Source: Akkermansiaceae bacterium
GTDB taxonomy: Bacteria > Verrucomicrobiota > Verrucomicrobiia > Verrucomicrobiales > Akkermansiaceae
Reading direction: 5' to 3'
DNA: 39,701 nt
NCBI GenBank assembly: GCA_043763755.1
Contig: JAYULG010000307.1
Span: 1-39,701, forward strand
In this document: positions 35,153-39,701 of the stretch, in pieces
Numbering within the stretch: position 1 is the stretch's first letter
How the letters are laid out: each line of letters opens with the position of its first letter
The notes under the pieces: model-generated
Databases searched by the model: none
What the model saw: the letters and a program-made list of their open reading frames with translations, nothing else
Told to the model about the DNA's origin: nothing
Made by a program: the position numbers and the translations under genes

Positions 35153-37156
35153 TTAAGTATCATCCAGCAGGCCCTTGAGACCACCGAAGAAGTTTTCTAA
35201 TTCATCCGTGCTTGGTGCAGCACCCAAGATATCATCGTAGGTGGTATGGGTGAGAAATTTATCATCTAGTTCACCGATGAAGCTGCTGGGTTGGCAGCCA
35301 GTTTCTTGGCCCCATTTGATACGGGTGGCGCAGTAGGTCATCGTAAGCTGGTCTTGAGCGCGGGTGATTCCTACGTATAAAAGGCGGCGTTCTTCGTCCT
35401 TGGTCCCCTCTGCGATGCTGCGAGTGTGAGGGAGGAATCCTTCTTCCAAGCCAATGAGAAATACGATGGGAAACTCCAGTCCTTTTGATGCATGGAGAGT
35501 GATGAGAGTAGCACCTTGTTTTTTTTCCAAATCCTCGTCTTCCCGCTCTGATGCAAGGGCGCTGGCATCGAGAAACTTTTGCAAACTTTTGCCCTTCTCG
35601 GTAGCGGCGCGGAGGCTATCGATCACGCTTTGGATACCCTCGCCACGCTGTTGCCGCTCCTGTTCGGTTTTGCAACCGCGCTCAATCCACGGTTGGTATT
35701 TGATTTCTTTGATGAGGCCATGAAGGACATCCGCAGCATTAATTTTGGCGATATCGATACGGTTTTTCGCCCCCGCGATTAGGGCGATGAAGTCTTGGAT
35801 GGAATCCGCTGCCTTGTTCCCAAGATTTGCAGTGAAAAATGGATCGCAAAGAGCACCCCAGACGGACTGATTATTTTCCCGGCTCCACTCGGTGGCAAGT
35901 ACGGCGGTGGCTTGGCCGATGCCACGGTTCGGCGCGTTTAAAATGCGGAGAAGCGGCACATCCGCATCCGGGGAGGCGAGTAGCTGGGCGTAAGCGAGCA
36001 CATCTCGCACCTCCCGGCGATCGTAAAAACTTTGCGCGCCCACCATCCGGTAGGGGATTTTCCGCTCACGAAATGCTAGTTCTAGTTTGCGGCTCTGGCT
36101 ATTGGTGCGGAATAGAATCGCAAAATCCTCCCACTCACGGCCCACTGCACCTTTCTCTGCTAAAATTTCCTCCGCAATAAATTCTGCCTCTTGCTCATCT
36201 CCCGGCATGGCGACGATGCGCACCGGATCGCCACCAGCGCGGGTGGATCTGAGGATTTTTTCACGCCGCCCGAGGTTATGCCTGATCAAGCTATTGGCCG
36301 TATGCAGCACGGCGTGGGTGGAGCGGTAGTTTTCCTCCAGCCTGATGATTTTGGGATTGGGGAAAAATTTCTCGAATTGCAGGATGTTTGCCACTTCCGC
36401 ACCGCGCCAGCCGTAGATCGATTGATCATCATCGCCCACCACGCAAACGTGATAGGGCGCTCCCACGAGCTGCTGGAGGAGCTGCATTTGTAGGGCATTG
36501 GTGTCTTGGAATTCATCCACGGTCACGCGAGTGTAGCGCTGCCGGAAGATGTCCCTCACATCGGCATGCTCGCGCAGGACCCGCTCGGCAAGCAGCAGGA
36601 GATCATCGAAATCGACGGCATTTTGCGCTCGTAGCTCGTTGTTGTAAGCCACTGCGAGCGTGGCAAAGTAGTCGTCCGTGAGATCACAAAGCTCGATGCC
36701 CTTATTTTTTGCCTTGGAAATTTCGGATAGCACGGCATCCGGTTTGACTTTCTCATCGCTGCCGCCGTGGCGGACGAGGAGTTGCTTCATGATGCCCACT
36801 TGGTCTGAGTGCGAGCAGATGGAAAAATTCTTTTTGTAGCCGATGCGGTCGATCCCACCGCGGAGGATGCGGACGCACAGCGAGTGGAAGGTACAGACCG
36901 TCATCGCTTCCGCCGCTTTTTTCGTGACCATGCCGGAGATGCGCTCGCGCATTTCACTGGCGGCCTTATTAGTGAAAGTAACGGCAAGGATTTCTGCGGG
37001 ATCGATCCTTTTTTCTAACATGTGAGCGATGCGGCAGGTGACGGTGCGGGTCTTTCCAGTGCCCGCACCAGCTAGCAACATGACTGGGCCGTCGAGCGCG
37101 CCCACGGCTTCGCGCTGGGCCTTGTTGAGAGAGTCGAATGAGAACGTGCTAACCAT
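35153..37156 (-). CDS. UvrD/Rep/PcrA family DNA helicase
   Basis: AGAGTGKT, VTFTNKAA, VDEFQDTN, VGDDDQSIYGWRGA, LEENYRS, TLHASKGLEF, YVGITRA. Confidence 0.95.
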   Translation of the reverse strand: MVSTFSFDSLNKAQREAVGALDGPVMLLAGAGTGKTRTVTCRIAHMLEKRIDPAEILAVTFTNKAASEMRERISGMVTKKAAEAMTVCTFHSLCVRILRGGIDRIGYKKNFSICSHSDQVGIMKQLLVRHGGSDEKVKPDAVLSEISKAKNKGIELCDLTDDYFATLAVAYNNELRAQNAVDFDDLLLLAERVLREHADVRDIFRQRYTRVTVDEFQDTNALQMQLLQQLVGAPYHVCVVGDDDQSIYGWRGAEVANILQFEKFFPNPKIIRLEENYRSTHAVLHTANSLIRHNLGRREKILRSTRAGGDPVRIVAMPGDEQEAEFIAEEILAEKGAVGREWEDFAILFRTNSQSRKLELAFRERKIPYRMVGAQSFYDRREVRDVLAYAQLLASPDADVPLLRILNAPNRGIGQATAVLATEWSRENNQSVWGALCDPFFTANLGNKAADSIQDFIALIAGAKNRIDIAKINAADVLHGLIKEIKYQPWIERGCKTEQERQQRGEGIQSVIDSLRAATEKGKSLQKFLDASALASEREDEDLEKKQGATLITLHASKGLEFPIVFLIGLEEGFLPHTRSIAEGTKDEERRLLYVGITRAQDQLTMTYCATRIKWGQETGCQPSSFIGELDDKFLTHTTYDDILGAAPSTDELENFFGGLKGLLDDT

Positions 37157-37281
37157 CGGCGGCCGGATGGAAGCGGGGAAGGGGAGCCTTGGCAATAGCG
37201 GGGGTGGTAGAGTTGGCCTTGTTTGCGGGAGCGCAGTGCTTTGCGCTTGGCGATGGCGTGCGGAAAGAGAGGATCGCGCCA

Positions 37282-38085
37282 GTGAATTCTGCGCCTCTTG
37301 GATTTTTTGACTCTGGTGTTGGCGGCTTGACCGTTGTGCGGGCGGTGCAAGAGCTTTTACCGGCAGAGTCTATCCTGTATCTCGGGGACACAGCGCGGCT
37401 ACCTTACGGCTCAAAAAGCCCGGAGACCATCCGCCAATTCGCCGATGAGGACGTGCGTTTTCTCATTTCAAAAGGCGTGAAAGCCATCGTCGTGGCCTGC
37501 AATACTGCCACGGCTCACGCATTGCCACGGCTGCACCAGCAATACCGCATCCCCATTCTCGGTGTGATCGAGCCAGGCGTGGAAGCTGCGTTGGCAAATC
37601 CGCAGGCGGCGCGCATCGGCATCATCGCCACCCGTGGGACCATCAGTTCTCACGCATACCAGCACGCTTTGGCATTGCGGCGCACCGGGCTTATCATCCA
37701 TGCCCAAGCCACTCCTCTACTGGTCCCATTGATTGAGGAAAATTGGCTCGATCATCCGGCGACGCGGGCCGTGCTGCTCACCTATCTGGAGCCGATGGTA
37801 GAAAAAGGTATCGATACCCTCATGCTAGCCTGCACTCATTATCCGCTGCTGATTCCGGTGCTTCGCGAAATTTTACCCCCAGACGTATGCCTCGTGGACT
37901 CTGCCACCACATGCGCTGAGCATCTGAAAAGGGAACTCACGCGCCTCGATCTGCTCGCCGCCGCAGACAGTGATGGGCAACTTGAACTTCATTTGACGGA
38001 CCTTTCCGATGAATTCGAGTCGCTCGCACGGCAGTTTTTACGAAAATCCCCAGGCCGCATCCACCGCACCGTGCTGGGTGTTTGA
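37282..38085 (+). CDS. murI: glutamate racemase
   Basis: FDSGVGG, PYG.KS, ACNTA, ACTHY. Confidence 0.95.
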   Translation: MNSAPLGFFDSGVGGLTVVRAVQELLPAESILYLGDTARLPYGSKSPETIRQFADEDVRFLISKGVKAIVVACNTATAHALPRLHQQYRIPILGVIEPGVEAALANPQAARIGIIATRGTISSHAYQHALALRRTGLIIHAQATPLLVPLIEENWLDHPATRAVLLTYLEPMVEKGIDTLMLACTHYPLLIPVLREILPPDVCLVDSATTCAEHLKRELTRLDLLAAADSDGQLELHLTDLSDEFESLARQFLRKSPGRIHRTVLGV

Positions 38086-38154
38086 TGGTTAATCTTGATT
38101 GGTGCATGTTTTTTTGAACAATGCGCACTCGCACTTGTTGACTCTTAGCTACGC

Positions 38155-39504
38155 ATGACAAAACTTTTTGGAACCGATGGCATCCGTGGCCGCGTCAATG
38201 AATACCCGATCACGGCGGAAGTCGCTCTGCGGATGGGCAAGGCTGTGGCCCAAGTTTTGCGATCGGAAGAACCGAATCGAAATCGTGTGATCTTAGGGAA
38301 AGACACCCGCATTTCCGGCTACATGTTAGAGACGGCGCTCACCAGTGGGCTAGTCTCGATGGGCATGGAAGTCTTGCTCGTCGGCCCGCTGCCCACTCCC
38401 GCAGTGGCGCATCTCACCAAGTCCATGGGAGCCTCTGCCGGCATCATGATCACGGCTTCACATAATCCTTATGAGGACAATGGGATCAAAATTTTCGGCC
38501 ACGATGGCTTCAAGCTCGGTGATGTAATTGAGGCGCTCATCGAGCGTCACATTCTTGGCAATGAACCTGAAGCGCCACCACTCCATCCCAAGTTCATTGG
38601 TAAGGCCCGGCGGATCGATGATGCGCGTGGCCGTTACATTGAGTTTGCAAAGCAGACGGCGGATAATATCCCACTCCACGGCATCAAGTTGGTGCTGGAT
38701 TGTGGAAATGGTGCGGCTTACTCGATTGCACCTGTCATTTTCAGAGAACTCGGTGCGGAAGTCGTCACCATGGCCACCGCCCCAGATGGCCTCAACATCA
38801 ATGCGGATTGTGGCGCACTCCACCCAGAGCGGGCTGGCGAGCTTGTCCGCTTACATCAGGCTGATCTCGGCATCTCCTTTGATGGCGATGCAGATCGCGT
38901 CATTTTCACAGATGCAAATGGCGCCACCGTCAGCGGCGATCGCATCCTCGCGCTCTGTGCCATCGGCCTCAAGGAGCAGGGGAAATTAAAAAAAGATACC
39001 CTCGTCGCCACCAACATGAGCAATCTCGGCTTGGTAGAGGCCATGAGGGGAAATGGCATCCACGTCGAGTGTACGGCCGTGGGAGACCGCAACGTCATCG
39101 ACTGCATGCGGAAAAATGGCTATAATTTCGGCGGCGAGAATTCAGGGCACCTCATCTTTGGCGATTACGTCACCACTGGAGATGGGATTCTGAGCGCTCT
39201 GCAAGTCCTCCGCCTCATGCTCGCACGGAAGGCCAGCCTCGCCGAGCTGGCCACCGTCATGCACGAGTATCCCACCCATCTCGAAAACATGCCTGTAGGC
39301 TCAAAGCCGCCGCTGGATTCGCTCCTCCACCTCCAAGCCCTGATGAAGCAAGCCACGTCTGAGTTTGGCGAAAATGGCCGCCATCTCATCCGCTACTCCG
39401 GCACTGAGAATAAAATCCGCATCCTTGTAGAGCATCGTGAGCGCGAGCAAGTCACTCAATGGATTTCTCGCTTCAGCGCTGTAATCCAACAGGAAATCGG
39501 TTAG
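38155..39504 (+). CDS. glmM: phosphoglucosamine mutase
   Basis: FGTDGIRG, ITASHNP, DGDADR, GGENSGH, RYSGTE. Confidence 0.96.
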   Translation: MTKLFGTDGIRGRVNEYPITAEVALRMGKAVAQVLRSEEPNRNRVILGKDTRISGYMLETALTSGLVSMGMEVLLVGPLPTPAVAHLTKSMGASAGIMITASHNPYEDNGIKIFGHDGFKLGDVIEALIERHILGNEPEAPPLHPKFIGKARRIDDARGRYIEFAKQTADNIPLHGIKLVLDCGNGAAYSIAPVIFRELGAEVVTMATAPDGLNINADCGALHPERAGELVRLHQADLGISFDGDADRVIFTDANGATVSGDRILALCAIGLKEQGKLKKDTLVATNMSNLGLVEAMRGNGIHVECTAVGDRNVIDCMRKNGYNFGGENSGHLIFGDYVTTGDGILSALQVLRLMLARKASLAELATVMHEYPTHLENMPVGSKPPLDSLLHLQALMKQATSEFGENGRHLIRYSGTENKIRILVEHREREQVTQWISRFSAVIQQEIG

Positions 39505-39513
39505 AAAATCTCC

Positions 39514-39701
39514 ATGCACGATGATTCTCCAGCCTGCCACCCGCTTTCCCTTACTCGGAAAATAGAAGACTATCCTATCGGAAATATCCCGCTGCACGAG
39601 CACCAGCAGCGTGTGGTGGCTTCTTCAGACATAGGCTTTCATTCCCACGCTTGGTTAGATTTAGCAGAAATTACCAATCTAGATGGCACGCTCACAGATG
39701 G
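39514..39701 (+). CDS. partial CDS, possibly GlmU-related sugar nucleotidyltransferase N-terminus
   Basis: Open to the window end: MHDDSPACHPLSLTRKIEDYPIGNIPLHEHQ..., resembling the PLTxTRxxxDxxIG pattern; starts 9 nt after glmM. Confidence 0.5.
   Translation, partial: MHDDSPACHPLSLTRKIEDYPIGNIPLHEHQQRVVASSDIGFHSHAWLDLAEITNLDGTLTD

Noticed and set aside
39301-39603. 100-aa minus-strand ORF
   Set aside because: Overlaps glmM and the more plausible + strand ORF starting at 39514.

Overview
Chromosomal window from a Verrucomicrobiota bacterium (Luteolibacter/Akkermansiaceae-like), inferred from the PEP-CTERM protein, the Amuc_1098-type secretin and the general gene content. Most of it is housekeeping: mntR, add, a Fur-family regulator, ruvB, tRNA-Tyr, truB, nrnA, ribBA, tal, miaA, hpf, ribF, feoAB, uricase, a UvrD/Rep helicase, murI and glmM. 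Three accessory parts stand out. (1) The left end holds the C-terminus of an Rhs protein (PxxxxDPxGL motif) carrying a possible ADP-ribosyltransferase-fold toxin, a putative immunity gene, and a 16-nt tRNA-Glu-like 3' fragment that may mark an island boundary. (2) A decayed AAA_14/DUF4143 ATPase lies next to tRNA-Tyr. (3) An rtcB-HNH-bcp operon is preceded by a structured leader containing a 49-codon uORF whose last codons form the 5' strand of an antiterminator that competes with a U9 intrinsic terminator. This candidate ribosome-coupled attenuator controlling RNA repair is the most promising undescribed element in the window. All family assignments come from motif recognition by eye; no database searches or folding calculations were run.
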